Assembly: GCA_002633005.1 (NCBI GenBank)
Contig: NMRA01000059.1
Coordinates: forward strand, 225,662-289,661
Source of the DNA: Phoronis australis
Lineage: Eukaryota; Animalia; Phoronida
Direction of reading: 5' to 3'
DNA: 64,000 nt
The notes under the pieces were generated by a model that saw only the letters and a program-made list of their open reading frames with translations, did no database searches and was not told the DNA's origin. This document shows positions 1 through 14,342 of the stretch, one piece after another. The stretch's first letter is position 1. Every line of letters begins with the position of its first letter. Position numbers and translations under genes: made by a program.

Positions 1-301
1 GATTAGTGAACACTAGTGTCAGACATTAGAGTACATCTACCTGCACTGGGTCAGTGATTAGTGAACACTAGTGTCAGACATTAGAGTACATCTACTTGCA
101 CTGGGTCAGAGATTAGTGAACACTATTGTCAGACATTAGAGTACATCTACTTGCACTGGGTCAGTGATTAGTGAACACTAGTGTCAGACATTAGAGTACA
201 TCTACTTGCACTGGGTCAGAGATTAGTGAACACTATTGTCAGTCATTAGAGTACATCTACTTGCACTGGGTCAGTGATTAGTGAACACTAGTGTCAGACA
301 T
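1..301. repeat. 55-bp tandem repeat, about 5.5 copies
   Basis: GATTAGTGAA recurs at 1, 56, 111, 166, 221, 276. Confidence 0.95.
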
Positions 302-500
302 CACACAGTATCGCATTGGACAATGCTACCATCTTAGTGAGACACAACAAGCACTGGTGCAGAAAGATACGTAACGTGGTGGGAATCCGCTGACATACTC
401 CATCACTTAACAGACTCGGGTTACAGTCTTCCCGCCATCTTGCAGAACTCATTCTACAAATCTTCATCAATAAGCAGATACAAAGACATCAATCTCTTAC

Positions 501-607
501 CAGGATCTGATCTAATGGACTCCTTTAACTTTGGTTTCCGTCCCACTTTCTTCTTCATAGCATTCTTCGCCTTGGGTGACCTCTTGACCCGTACAACCTC
601 AGGCAGG
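501..607 (-). CDS. trx: trx exon 32 (LPEVVRVKRSPK...KVGRKPK)
   Basis: attcag|C and G|gtaaga; frame continuous. Confidence 0.72.
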
Positions 608-3600
608 CTGAATTAAAAGTACAAACTATCTTTGATGTATAATTACAAAATCTTGAATTGACAAAAACACTGAATAAAATAACACAGTAAGTACCAAGTT
701 GATTGAGGTGTGAAATATTAGTTTCAATGACAGTTAACAAGACACGTGGGCGATAAGTCAAAATACTTCAAAATGGAAATAGTCATCTTAAATGTTGAAA
801 ACAACTTGACATTGAAAAGTTTCGAAATCAACATGTAGCCATGCACATTATGATTTTGTTTTTTGAAACTTTACAAAAATTTGTTTAATTTCAAGTTAAA
901 AGGTTGTCAATGACACAAGAGACGCGGTTAGAATACATGAATGTGATATGTCCTCCAACACTATGAACTGTGAGTTGAGTCTATTTCGGTTAAAAAAATA
1001 TCATTAAAATTGCAAACTAAAAAGACCAAAACATCACAAATATGAGCAACACTCGATTTTCCATAGGCTATACTCAAATTTTCCATTAAATTAATATTAA
1101 TATTAATATTTTGTTTCATTCTGGAGAATAGGTTGCCCATTGGTCTCTAGAGGCACTGCAGTATAAGATAATCACTTTGTTTGTACAACTCATAACAGGC
1201 TAATGTGTCTATTTTGTTGACCAACTTGACAAACCAAAATTCAGAGGTGGTAATGATTCCATCGCCACACCTCTAAACAATGCCCTTAACAGTCATGGAC
1301 CAGCAAACAGCCACAGTACAAGTCTCAGACTGTCACCCCTAAACTACACTCAAGAACTTAACACCATCCATTTCCGGGTCCAGAACTACTACTGGTAGGG
1401 AATGGAGTCTTGTAGCTAAAATGCTCTCCACAGCTTAGAAATTCACTTGTTTGCACCATCACTCTAAATAGTTGAGGGTTTACCATAAGCAACAAATCAA
1501 CACAATACCTGGGACGTTTATCATGAGTGTCTAGCACACTGGTGACACTGTTCTCTATGTGACCATGAATAATGCCTTTCCTGTCTTGCCAATAGTTCAC
1601 CTTGGGCAATTTACTCACTGATTTGTGAGTGGGTCTTGCTTTCCTGAAATATGGAAAAGAAGACAAATATTAATTAACACATTCAAGGATTCAATGAAAA
1701 ATATCAAAGATAACCAAGATGTTACATGTTCTCAATCACAAGTAACTGACGTCGATGAGAACATGATCTGAATATGACAGCTTGTAGCGTGACAAAATAC
1801 AGACACGTGTCATACTCTGTTCGTACTGTTATTCATACAACTGTCACGAGCATAACAGGACGACTAAATACATAACAGGAAGTCAATGTTAGACATGCTC
1901 CCAGTTTCAACCGCTTCCTGTCAGAAAGTTTTAAATGTACAAGTTCCTTCTGCACACTCCACAACTTTGTTCAGAAATTGTGAACAGTAATAACATGTAA
2001 ATGTACTAGACCCACCTCTTCAGTATTCTTGGCAAAGACATCTGGTTGACATCATCCTGGCACTTGTTGGACAATAGATGTTCTAGTCTCTCACTCTTAG
2101 CACGTGGCGACAGACCCACCAGTGAATTTACAAATGCCGGAGTGATCTTACTCCGCTGGGAAGCAACATTTTGATAGTGTACAACTGGCCTTCTTCTGGG
2201 TTGATGTGCCACGGAATAGTTGTGAAAGGCCCTGGTAGATGTCACTAGTGGCAGAACAGAGCTAGGTAAGGGATACTGGGCTGCAACTGGTATAGTTCGA
2301 TTTAGAGGCATGGCAGAAACCATGGGTTGTGCTATGGCAGGACTGGTGATGAAAGCACACTGACCATCTGTGTTGTTTGGTTGATTGGCAGCGAGTATGG
2401 ACGAAGGTCCTGCTGGAGGAAAAGTCCACTGAAGAGGGGTACGAGGTGCATTGACAGGCAAGGACGGGGTAACACCAACCGACATGGGGGTAGCAGATGG
2501 TGCCATGATCAGACTTGCAGCTGGTTGTGGTGCACATGCTGGCTGTTGCACCGTCCACTGTTTATCATTGTTCATGACAAATGTGCCAACATGCTGCAGA
2601 CTACCTCCTTGTAACATCTGTTGAATATTGTGTGGTTGGAGCACCACTGGTGGAGGGCAGGCACGTGGAGACAACATCACTGATGGAACAGCAAGTCTGG
2701 GACTCAGATCAGTCGGTAGGAGTGATTGAAGCTGAGTAGCCGTGTACACTTTTGTGTTGTGTCCCATGACAGTGGTCAGTTGGCCAGTAGACTGTAGCCT
2801 AGGCTTAGGCAGGATAGACTTTGACCAGTTCTGGGGGCCCACTTGAGTCAAGTTAGCAGAATTATTCGCAACAGCAGGTATCGATACAGTTGAATACTGC
2901 TTAGGCCCAACTGGGGTCACTCTGTTTGGATTAGTGATGACGGCTGGTAATGATGACATGGGCTGCTGCTGTGAGTGGGAGTTGTTGACTGAGGTGGAAC
3001 ACTCTACTGCTGGACTGTTGACTGAGGTGGAACACTCTGTTGCTGGACAGTTGAATTTCTGAATCGTCGTCGGAAGTAGACCATTCACAGTACGGCTAAC
3101 GGGGGGTGGTATTGTATTACCAATCGTTCTTACAATGACCGGACTTGACATGGAGCGTGGCAGAACATGAGAATGAGGTGGAGGCTCAGCTAGTGCCACC
3201 TTGTGAGCAACACTCTGCAAGATGGTGGAAAAGGTTGGAGTCATAATCTGGCTACTGCTGCTCTTGCCTGGGGTAACAGCAGAGGCCACAGCCTTTGAAC
3301 TTTGACTGTTGGTGAGTGTAGGAATGGTGCTTACACCAGGTTGTGATGTCATCGGCTTAGAAGTTGGCATGGAGCCAGAAGCACTTTTACTTGATGAATC
3401 TGCAACAGTAGTATTACTAACTGCATTTTTACCTAATGTTATCACTTGAGTTTTTGTGCTATTAACATTGACGACAGCACAATTACTAATAGTATTCTTA
3501 ACCGATGTTATGACATCAAGTTTTGGTGTATCAACAGTGGACACTTTTGACCCTTTCTTCCGACTTTGAAGCATCTGTCGTACAATGTTGCGGATGTATT

Positions 3601-6600
3601 CTGCTTTATTTGCACAGTTAGAAGGTATCTTGACCTTCAATGTTGAAACACACTTCCCTCTTTCCAACTGAGAGAAGCCCACCTTAGCCTCACCATGTGC
3701 ACCACTGCCCTCCTTCTCCTTCACAACATTCTCATTTTTACTAAACTGGCCAACTTCCACTTCTGTTCTCTCACAATCATTTTCACCTGACAGCGCAATT
3801 TTTGAAGGTTCTTCAAATTTGGTCCGTTCAAGTGTACTCAATACTTCTGCACATTCATCCTCAGACTTGGTCCGTTCAAGTGTACTCAATACCTCTGAAC
3901 GTTTATCCTCAGACTTGGTCCGTGCAGTTGTACTCAATACTTCTGCACATTCATCCTCAGACTTGGTCCGTTCAAGTGTACTCAAAACCTCTGAACATTT
4001 ATCCTCAGACTTGGTTAGTCTAGTTGTACTTAATACCCCCATACATTCGTCCTCAGTCTCAACCTGTCCAGGTGTACTCAATGCCCCAGTACATTCATCT
4101 AACACCACCCTTGTTCCTGTCTCCCCCTCATGTACTCTCCCAGTCCCCAATTCATCATCTTCATCCTTGCTTATAATGCCATCTTCTTCTTCACACCTCA
4201 GCTGGTCTGGCTCATGACTATCACTACTTGTTCTTCGCACACTGCCCCCTACAGGCGGACTACTGACATAACACATCTCATTCTGTGTCACCACACCATC
4301 TCCAAGCTCCGAATGTTTACTTTTTAAAACATCACTAAAGTGTCGGTCACCATGATTCTCAGATGCACTATCACCTGCAACGTCCTTCTCTCCATTATCC
4401 CCCCCAGTGGGGTGCTTCCTATGACGCCCTCTTGATCTACACGTGGCTGAACTCGTCCCACTGCCACTTACTTCTGCCTTCTCACCACACTCTTGGATTG
4501 CAGCTGACACAGTTTCTTCTTCACTTTTTTCACATTCTTTGGGATCTGATTTCGGATGTTTCCTCGGCCGTCCGGCACGTCGAGGGACTGTTTTAGGAGG
4601 GCGCCCTCTGTGAGCAGGTGAGTGGCTCACTTGAACTGCTGGCTTAGGGTTCTGGAACAAGTGTTAAAAAAGCTTAAGATGCAGATACAACTAACACTAT
4701 AACAAAAAACAACTATTAACAAAAACAAAAACCAATTGCTCCATAATCATTGTGCTAATGATGTGATACAGGAGGGGACACCGTGGCTCAGCAGATTTAG
4801 CTCCGTACTCCCATTTGGGAAACACGGGTTCAAGTTCTGGCTTTACTGGTAGACAACCGAGCATTGCACAAAGGTGTCTCCTACTCCTCTCAGTTTTGTC
4901 TTACTAGAAAATGCATGCAAGGGAGTGAAAGAGATCCTGGATATAATATGAAAGCTATTTTACTGCTGTGCTCCAGTTGTGTGATACATGCTGCAGCAGA
5001 TGGGCGCAGGCCCCTCAGTGGGGCCCACTGAACACATTGCATCAGCCGTGAACAAGCCCCTCAATGGGCCCCATTGCACCACACACTTGAAACCATCTTT
5101 CGTTAACCAATGATAGTATGAGATGGTCACTTACTTAGAGACGTGGTAGGTTGTTTGCAGACTTATGACCTGGTCCACCAGGTCTGTGTCAATGAATGAG
5201 GGATTTCCCGCATTTCGCTGGTTAAGAATGTTTGAATACATGGAAGGTAAGTGGAGGCCACGGTCCCGATACAAGAGGGGGCACTGAATGCTGATGTTTA
5301 TTGAAAGAGGCCTCCACTTACCTCCCATGTATTCAAACTATTCTTAGCTATGGACAATTCAACAAAGAATGTGCTGAGAGTACAATTAATACAATATACT
5401 AGACTAACTATTATATATTTAGGCTTATACACATAAATCACCTTTTTATTAGGACTCTTTGAACATTCCAGGACTCCAGGGATAGCACGCGAGTTGAAAA
5501 ACTCAGCATATCCAAAATCTCGTGCTCGGCTCTGTCGTCGTGGATATGACCTCACCTCAGGTTCTGACGGCTCGGTATCATCACTTGAACTAGTGCTCAG
5601 CTCATAGTCACATGATTGGGCGTGACGATCTCTGCTCTGTTTAGTGCGATACTCGGCTTGGCATTTGGAACATCTAAAGCCTAATGTAACAGAAATGCAA
5701 CTGAAGACTGACTAACAAAATTAATGTTCCTCATCAACCTTTCAGACAAATTCATCTAGTTTATTTCAAAATAATTCTTTAAGGCACTACACAAAACACA
5801 AATGCTGCTATAGTGCAACGCAATACTAATCATTCCTAGTTTTTGGTCTTCATCTTCCAAGAAGATAATTGCAACACGATTTTACATATCTTTAAGAATT
5901 GTCCAACTATAGTTACATTACAGCTCAAATTCCTCTATTTTCCTCACCAGTCACGGCTGATCCAACAATTCAACTTACACTCAAAACAAAATCACCACTT
6001 AAAGTAGCATTTGCTACCACTTAGTGGTCAATTTAATTCTGACGCGCGTCACTTTAAGATTTAAAAACATTACCAAATATCTCAAAACCTCAATTGTAGC
6101 TGGATCAATTCAAGTCACACAAAATGCACATACCTGCCATTTCCGAATTCAGAACTTGAGGGTTAAGAAGCACAAAAATCAGCTGAACGCTTTTCTTAAG
6201 TACCTGATTGTCAGTATGTTCATGATGGAAATCAACTTGCATGCATGGTAAGCAACATCAGGAGATTGATTGTATTAGCCAAAGTGGCTTAATTCATTCA
6301 TTGTTATCTTCACAAAACAAAGAGGAGATATAGCTTTAGGTCTAACATTACCTTCTTGTTCACATTCTTCATCTTCAGCATCACACTTGGCGTCTTTCTT
6401 GGCAGAAACTACAAATGAACAAACTGACCAATTTATGAATGGACTAAAGAAGATATTTAACAAAATACAAAAAACATTCATTTCCTTACACATGGGAAAT
6501 AACGTAGAAAATAAATCTGAAACTAAATAAGGCGATCACAGATCCTCCCAAGGATACTATTGTTTCATGAAAAGTAGAATATAAATCGGTAAATAAAACA

Positions 6601-9600
6601 ACAAGAATGGATCAACTGAAATTTGAAATTTTCGGATGTAATAACTTCCTTTGTCAACAAAAACAGAAATAAAGTACAAGAGCAACGCAGAGCGTTGAAA
6701 TGCGCCCACAAGTGCACCGTATACGGTATCCTTCTAGGGTTGTTTATTGGTACCATAAAGTGGCCAGTAGAGGGCATATATGTAGTATGTTGTACTTTGC
6801 AAAATGGAAAGGCATGGTCATTGTCTCCTCAATAGGCTAGGTTTCAAAATGTGAGTGATCTTCATAATACAAGCACATCCTATGCATCAGTTGCTTAAAG
6901 CACCACAGAAACATAGAATTAAAAACAAATTTACCAACATACGAGATTAGCACAGCATNNNNNNNNNNNNNNNNNNNNNNNNNNNNNNNNNNNNNNNNNN
7001 NNNNNNNNNNNNNNNNNNNNNNNNNNNNNNNNNNNNNNNNNNNNNNNNNNNNNNNNNNNNNNNNNNNNNNNNNNNNNNNNNNNNNNNNNNNNNNNNNNNN
7101 NNNNNNNNNNNNNNNNNNNNNNNNNNNNNNNNNNNNNNNNNNNNNNNNNNNNNNNNNNNNNNNNNNNNNNNNNNNNNNNNNNNNNNNNNNNNNNNNNNNN
7201 NNNNNNNNNNNNNNNNNNNNNNNNNNNNNNNNNNNNNNNNNNNNNNNNNNNNNNNNNNNNNNNNNNNNNNNNNNNNNNNNNNNNNNNNNNNNNNNNNNNN
7301 NNNNNNNNNNNNNNNNNNNNNNNNNNNNNNGATACAGCCACAGGCGAAAAAAAAAAAAAAACTTCCACTAGGTGGCGCCACAGTAGTCGAAATCGTCGGA
7401 AAATCATCGTCAACCGTCCTCTAGATAGTAAGCATATACATGCAAATTTTCACAATCATCCTTTGAGCGGTTTGGTTGATAGAGGGGTTGATGCACAAAA
7501 ACACACTCGAAAACACTAAAAATGGCCACCAGGTGGCACAAACTATGTTGAATCCATCTGAAAACGGGAGGATAGCGTCATCTCACTAATAAGTGTCTAC
7601 ACACCAAATTTCATGAAAATCCGTTCAGGACTTTTGAAGATACAAAGGTAAGCGTAAAAAAACTAAAATTGCCACTAGGGGGTATGTCAAAGGGTTTTGG
7701 AGATAGAGCAGCGGACGCCGGACGCCAGACGCCGGACGGACGCCGCCCGCACGGACGGACGGAGATGACGGCATAATGCGTCCACATATAAATATGTGGG
7801 CGCATAAAAATCAAGCACTATATGACAATTGACATATTGACATATAAGATATGGGGTCATGTTAGCACCAAATAAATCATGAAATTTTTAGTTCAGAAAG
7901 ACAGCTTTCCATTAACTCTTAAGTTCTTGTATTTCAGCACTGACAGTTACTTTTGGTGACATTGCAGACACCCACATACACCTTGTCACCCACACACACC
8001 TTGACACCCACACACACCTTGACACCAACATACACCTTGAAGAGGTCCAGGAACACCATCCAAGATGAAGAATTACAAAATCAATATTAAAATTAGAAAA
8101 ATTACAAAGTTTCAAGAAGACACAAACCCTTCAAAATGTTCTCATCAACTTCCTCTGCTAGTCTAACAGCTGAAGCTCTTAATCCTGAAATCATTCAAAC
8201 ATAACCATATCTTACAAACGTGATATTGATAACCATACCTTACAAAGGAGATATTGGTAACCATATCTTACAAAGGTGATATTGATAACCATATCTTACA
8301 AAGGAGATATTGGTAACCATATCTTACAAAGGTGATATTGATAACCATATCTTACAAAGGAGATATTGGGAACCATATCTTACAGAGGTGATATTGATCA
8401 CCATATCATACAAAAGTGATATTGATAACCATATCTTGCAAAGGTGATATTGGCAACATTAACTAATACTCAATATCAAATTTTGTAGGAATACATTTCA
8501 AAATATGGAGAACTATCTTTAAAAATAGTTCAAAAGTAAACAACCGAGGCACTAGTCAGCATAACTACACAATAGAAATATTAGTTTTATTTGACCAATC
8601 AGCTAAATCCATGTTTCAATAAAAAATCTAAATGAGTGAACAAAACAGAAGAGCTCCGGGTAGTAACACTCTTTGTTATACAATTTGGACAGATTATGTT
8701 GTTACAAACCTACCAGAGGTCCCTACATTACCACCGTACCTCACCAAAGTCATTTCATGTCATTCAGATTGTGATCTTAAACTATGCACCACTTGGTGAG
8801 TACAATCCAGTGTCAAGGCAACACATCATGTTAATCAAATAAATGCTGTGTTCCAACTTTCACAACAGACTTGAGTGTGTGCACACTGAGTGAGCCGACA
8901 CACTTTAGTGTGTGCACACTGAGTGTGCTGACAGGCAGAAGGCAATGGATGGTTCTGCACTAAACTTTGTATGACCCCAAACATATCTTTTTCAGAATAA
9001 ATCGATTGTTTTTTTGTACATTCTGAACATCTCGAAGTTTTTTTCAAAATATTTCCACGTTTTGACTGCCTGAACAAGTGAATGACATACCACCACAAGC
9101 CCAAATATAACCTCCTTCCATAAATTACTTTAATTTAATCATGTCATAGAACAATAACTTACTTTCACCAGGGTCTTTATCGTATTTTTGGTTCTAAAAA
9201 TCCATTTTAACTATGGCAAAAGTCAATAATTGTATATTTACAAATACTTGCAAGAAACATCTCCCAAATAACTTTAAATTGGCTCTTACCCTTATCGGCC
9301 AATCTCTGCACAGTCCTCCGTAGGGGGTAAGTCTTCAACACACTCTTGGCCTTGTCACCCAAACTACTGTCAGCCTTCATTTCCTGCTCATCCATAACAT
9401 TCACCTGAGTCTCACGGTCACCATTCAACAACTGTGACTCGCACTCTTTCCACTCTCCAGGTTTCTCCACTTCCTCTGTAGTTCTGGATTTCTTCGTTAC
9501 CTCGGATAGTTGTTGGTCCACTTCCTCCGTGGTAATCCCTGACATTATCGACTCTTTCACCTTATTGGTCAGTTTATCTAAGACTGGCTTTCTTTTAGAG

Positions 9601-12600
9601 ATTTCGTGACCTATGATTACTCCAGAACTGTTGTAGACAGGACGCGCCTCTTCACCACTCTCTGTGTACATCTTTCCGTCCTCCCCAACCACAAAGGTCT
9701 TCTTTGTCTCAGCACCTCGCTTTGAACGTCGCCGGTCTACAGTCGACTTCAATGACAACTTTTGGTTATTGTTGTTCATGTTCTTATTTTGGGTTGGAGG
9801 AGGCTTCACCTCAACTATTTCAATCACGTCATCGTCGTCATGGTTAACCTTCGTCGGTGCCTCCATGAGTCGCACACCAGTAGCGCCACCTAGCCTCCCA
9901 CGAGATGACTGCTTGTCTGACTGTTGTGCAGTCACAACAGTGTCATTACTACATCTGACAGGCTTGACAGTTTTGCTCATGTTTTGACTGTCCTTGTCTG
10001 CATCAGACACTTTAGAAGAAATCTTCACCCTGTTTCCTTGACAACGTGGAGTTGTTTCCGAACTGCACTGGTCTGTATCAGGCACTTTAGAAGAAAAGTC
10101 CACACTGTTACCTTGACTACCTGGACTTGTTTCAGTGACAGGTTTATCCACTTTTAGTTTAACTTCTTTAATGCAGTTGTAGTTATTCTTGGAGTCGAGG
10201 TAATACAAGTACTTGAATGACTTGGCAGCATCAGTGGCCTTCATATTGGGTGCATTCTTGGCATCAACACAGTTCTGGGACGAGACTTTCAACGCAAGAG
10301 AATCACGCACGGATTTTTGTGATAACTCGCTTAGTTTTGACGGTGAACATTGTTCAGTGTTGTTTGTCTGAAGACCAAAGTGTTCAGTTATGGAAGATTC
10401 ACCGAGGACAACACTACCACAAGCAGTCTTTGTGGCTTCACACTGTTTGACATTATCACTTGTACTTGTTACTTTAACACAACTTTCATTGGTGTTGCTA
10501 CCTTCAACTGTCTCATTACTAGTGCTTTGTGATTGGCTGATCAGTAGATCTACTGAGGGTGCTTCATCACCATCACCAGAGATTACCCTGCATGACTCTG
10601 TACCACTTGCTACAGAGTCACTCCTGGCCATGTCACGACCCACACTAGTAGAACATTTGGAAAGTGGGTTATCTAAACTACTAATCACTGATGTTGAGTG
10701 CCTGTCTGAAGCAACAACGCTAACAGCCAGTTGACCCTGTGATGTGACAGAGTGTGAACTTGACACATGAGTGACAGGAGTCAATAAGGGCATTGTCAGA
10801 TTGTTCCCGTTTGATTTGTGAGAACCATAAGACCTGACATCTGACAACGTGGGTGGCATCAAGTCATTGTGTTGATCACCTTCATTATTATCCACTGCAA
10901 GAGAAACAGAATCATTCTTTTCTGCTTCACAGCAATTAGCAACAATTGGAATGTTAGAGTACAATAGCTCTTGAGATGACTCAGCACTGACACCATCTCC
11001 ACCTTTACATTGTATATTGTTTGCATTTGCTCGTTTGTCTGACGTAAGGGAAGATGTGACCTTTAAACCAGGCATTAAGTCATCAGTCTGTACAGGGTGT
11101 GAAGAAGACCTCTCTGGCCCAACGACAGCCTGTACAGGGTGAGACAAAATTGTCTCTGGTTCTCCACCAGTCCGTACAGGATGAGAATAAGACCTCTCTG
11201 GCTCACCGACAGTCTGTACAGGGTGAGATAACATTGTCTCTGGTTCTCCACCAGTCTGTACAGAGTGAGGTATAGTCCTCTCTGCCTCTCCCTTGTTCTC
11301 TGACACTGGTGGGAGGACCTCATCCATCTTGGTACCAGAAACTCCAACAGAATCCATATGAGTTAAACAGGAGAAGTCCTCAAGACTTGGCACCTCTGTT
11401 GTATCCTTCTTGTTATCTTCAGTATTTTCAGACTTCTCTCCTGATGAAAGCTGTGTTCCTGAACCAAACTTATCTAGATCGTCAACAGAGACTTCTATGA
11501 AATATGACTCCTCTGTTTCACCAACAATTTGCCCCTCAACAGCGGTTTGCATGTGAGCGTCGTCATCTCCAGCCAATAGCAGTACTTTATTGTCAACCAC
11601 TGGCAGGTCACCACAGGGTGAATCAGAAGTTGTAGTCAAGTCAATACAGGGTGAATCAGAAGTTGTCCGGCCAATACAGGGTATATCACCAGTTAAAGAC
11701 TGTCCACCTGCACCGCCTCCGCTCCATGGCTCACTCATAGCACGGCCACTTCTTTTCGCCTGTTCCCTGGCAACAAATTCTTGTGTAAAAGACTCCACCC
11801 TCGGTCTTTTGTTTTCCCGAGGAATAACTGAATCGTCCAATGACAACACCCGCTTTCGCCGAACTGTACTAAATGCCGCAGCCTTGTTTAGAGAATTCAC
11901 CAATGACATTAAGTTGCCATCGATGTCATCACTACCTTTCTCAACTGTTTCTTTGTCAACAAACCTTTCAAGATTACTCAGTCCCAGTAGTTTAACAGTG
12001 CTGGCAGAAAGTCGGCTCAGATCTGGAACACTTCCACGCTTCGTTTTGGGCCAGGACTGACTCAAATTAGACTCCTTTTCTAACGATTTACTGAATCCTT
12101 CTGGAGCAGAGAAACTTGAGCACAACCTTTGCGGCAACTGAGAAGTTTCCGCAAGTAGTGCTGGTGACCTTTGTTGTTTCACTGGATCAATTGTAAGCGT
12201 GTTGAATCCCTCAGGGGCAGATCCACTTGATGCAAGTCTAGCAGGACTACCATGGCCAAAGTTGGAGCCAAGGTCAGGGTCATCTGTAAAGAAAAAGCCA
12301 CGCACCTCAGAACAACCCACGCACCTCAGAACAATTTCAAGAAGAATGCTTCGTGTTTTAACATTACAAGTTACTTTTCAGTTCCGTTACAAAGTGGCAG
12401 TGACTTTCAAAAATGCTGACAAAACAGTCTCTTAACTGCCAAGACTGACACAATTGTGAAACAAATGACAAAGGTCTCTTGGTCCCTTATTCAAATGACA
12501 TTCACGTCCAATATTGTTAATCTGCATTAAGTTCCTTTTAGAGCAAAAACTACTAAAAATAAGTACCAGAATGGAACACAATGTCATATTTATGCCGGCC

Positions 12601-14296
12601 TGCCCTCTTCTGGCATGGAGACAACAAGGATGGCACAAGGTCAACTGGTGTGTAGTCTGGGTGGCCGGGGTCATGTACAAAGGTCGTGTCAGAGGTCACG
12701 TGCACTTGCTGAGACTCATCCTCCATAGGGTGTACTTCGATGACACGACACGTGTAGACAGTGCGACGACGGAAGTCACTGGTACTCCAGTAAACACGGG
12801 CACAGCTGGAGATGATGAAGATAAGGAAGGATATAAAGATGACAGGACAACAGACAGGACAACAGACAGGACAAAGTCACTATATTTGTGGCTTTTCACA
12901 AAGAACTTAAGTAGACAAAAGTCTCTTCCTACACTAACAACCATCAAACCTCCAGTCATACAATTCAAAGGTCTCTTCCTACACTAAAAACCTTCAAACC
13001 TCTATTCAAATAAAGACAATTTCCTCCACAGAATTTTTATGACACAATGTTTCCAGCAGAAGATGAAGCAAAGTGAATACTTCATTAATCACAACACCAC
13101 ATTTAAATAAAAGAAGTATATACATGAACAAAAACATAGAAATAGAACAAGGCAATTCAACAGACTAGTGTTAGAGTAACTACATCCTCTGCACGATCAA
13201 CTTAATAATATTGATAGCTAGACAAATATTCAATTGATGGACAAGGCAACACAGCTCTATTTACAATTAATGTAAAGATATAATCCTACCTGAAACCAAC
13301 TGGAATTAGATGTTGTTTAAAGTCAGACTGGTGGCTTAACTGGCCAAGGCACTCCACGGTCAGGGAACCTGTATAAAGAAATGACACAGTGAGGGAACCT
13401 GTATAGAGAAATGATAACCGACTGGAAAGATGAATGTTTTGTGAATATGCCAAATATGCTACTGAGTATAATTTTGCAAAGATAACCGAGATCAAGAAAC
13501 GAGTCGGCAAATCTCACACGACAGCTGGAATTAAATTTTCAAAAATGGCACAGAACACCTCTAGCTGTATATATCAAGTCAAGCCATATTAATTTCGTGT
13601 AGATTGGGCGAAAAACCTTCAGCACTAGTTGAGTGGTCAATAAAGAGAGCACATACCAACAACAATGTTGATGAGTTCTGGGTAGAGTCCTGATGACCAA
13701 GACTTCTTGGACATCTTTACATTGTCACAGTTGATGCATACTCGCCGCAGCACTGAGAATTGGTCTTCTTGGATTGGCTACAAAAAGCATTGGAGACAAG
13801 ATTGATTTGCTGCATGATCCTTGTGCCGACTTACAAAATATCGTGATTTCCACAACATCCGTTTGGCAGTGCTAGGTGAGCCAACTCACCATGCACAAGC
13901 ACCACCTAGTGACTACCAGTTCTACAAAGCGCTTACCTGGCTATCCGCATCAGCCCAATGTAGCTTACAGAAGACATTCTTGTCATCCTGGAAGTAGCAG
14001 CCATCTCGTCGTGAACACATGAAGTGGAAGTTGGCCTGACAGTAACTACTGCAGCAGCCAACGGTGGCGCCGGTGAGACTGCACACATTACACCTCTGAA
14101 TGAACAAGAAGAAGTGATGTCATCAGATAGGAGGTTAACAATAACATGATGAGTAGAAACGATGGAACTATGTTATGCCTGTAAAATATGGACTTTGACA
14201 GTAGCCAGCATGTGAAAACAGTAACATGGATAATTACGATAATAACAGAAATGGTCTCGTAATACTAAATCAATAACGGTGATCATATTACAAACA

Positions 14297-14342
<46 letters not shown>

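Noticed and set aside
1-301. Regular 55-bp repeats as a CRISPR-like array (also 15141-15435)
   Set aside because: Head-to-tail units with no unique spacers, in eukaryotic introns; ordinary minisatellites.
4774-4850. Functional tRNA gene
   Set aside because: A/B-box-like motifs only; acceptor and anticodon stems do not pair convincingly, so treated as a SINE-like head.
6931-7413. ORFs spanning the N gap
   Set aside because: Artefacts of X translation; no recognisable coding sequence on either side.
9163-9193. Possible small trx exon (ttttag|AAC...GAAA|gtaagt)
   Set aside because: In the required phase 1 it reads into a TAA stop, and exon 26 joins 8184 in frame without it.
9664-12435. Plus-strand ORFs antisense to the large trx exon
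   Set aside because: Shadow ORFs of the real coding strand, with no splice or homology support.
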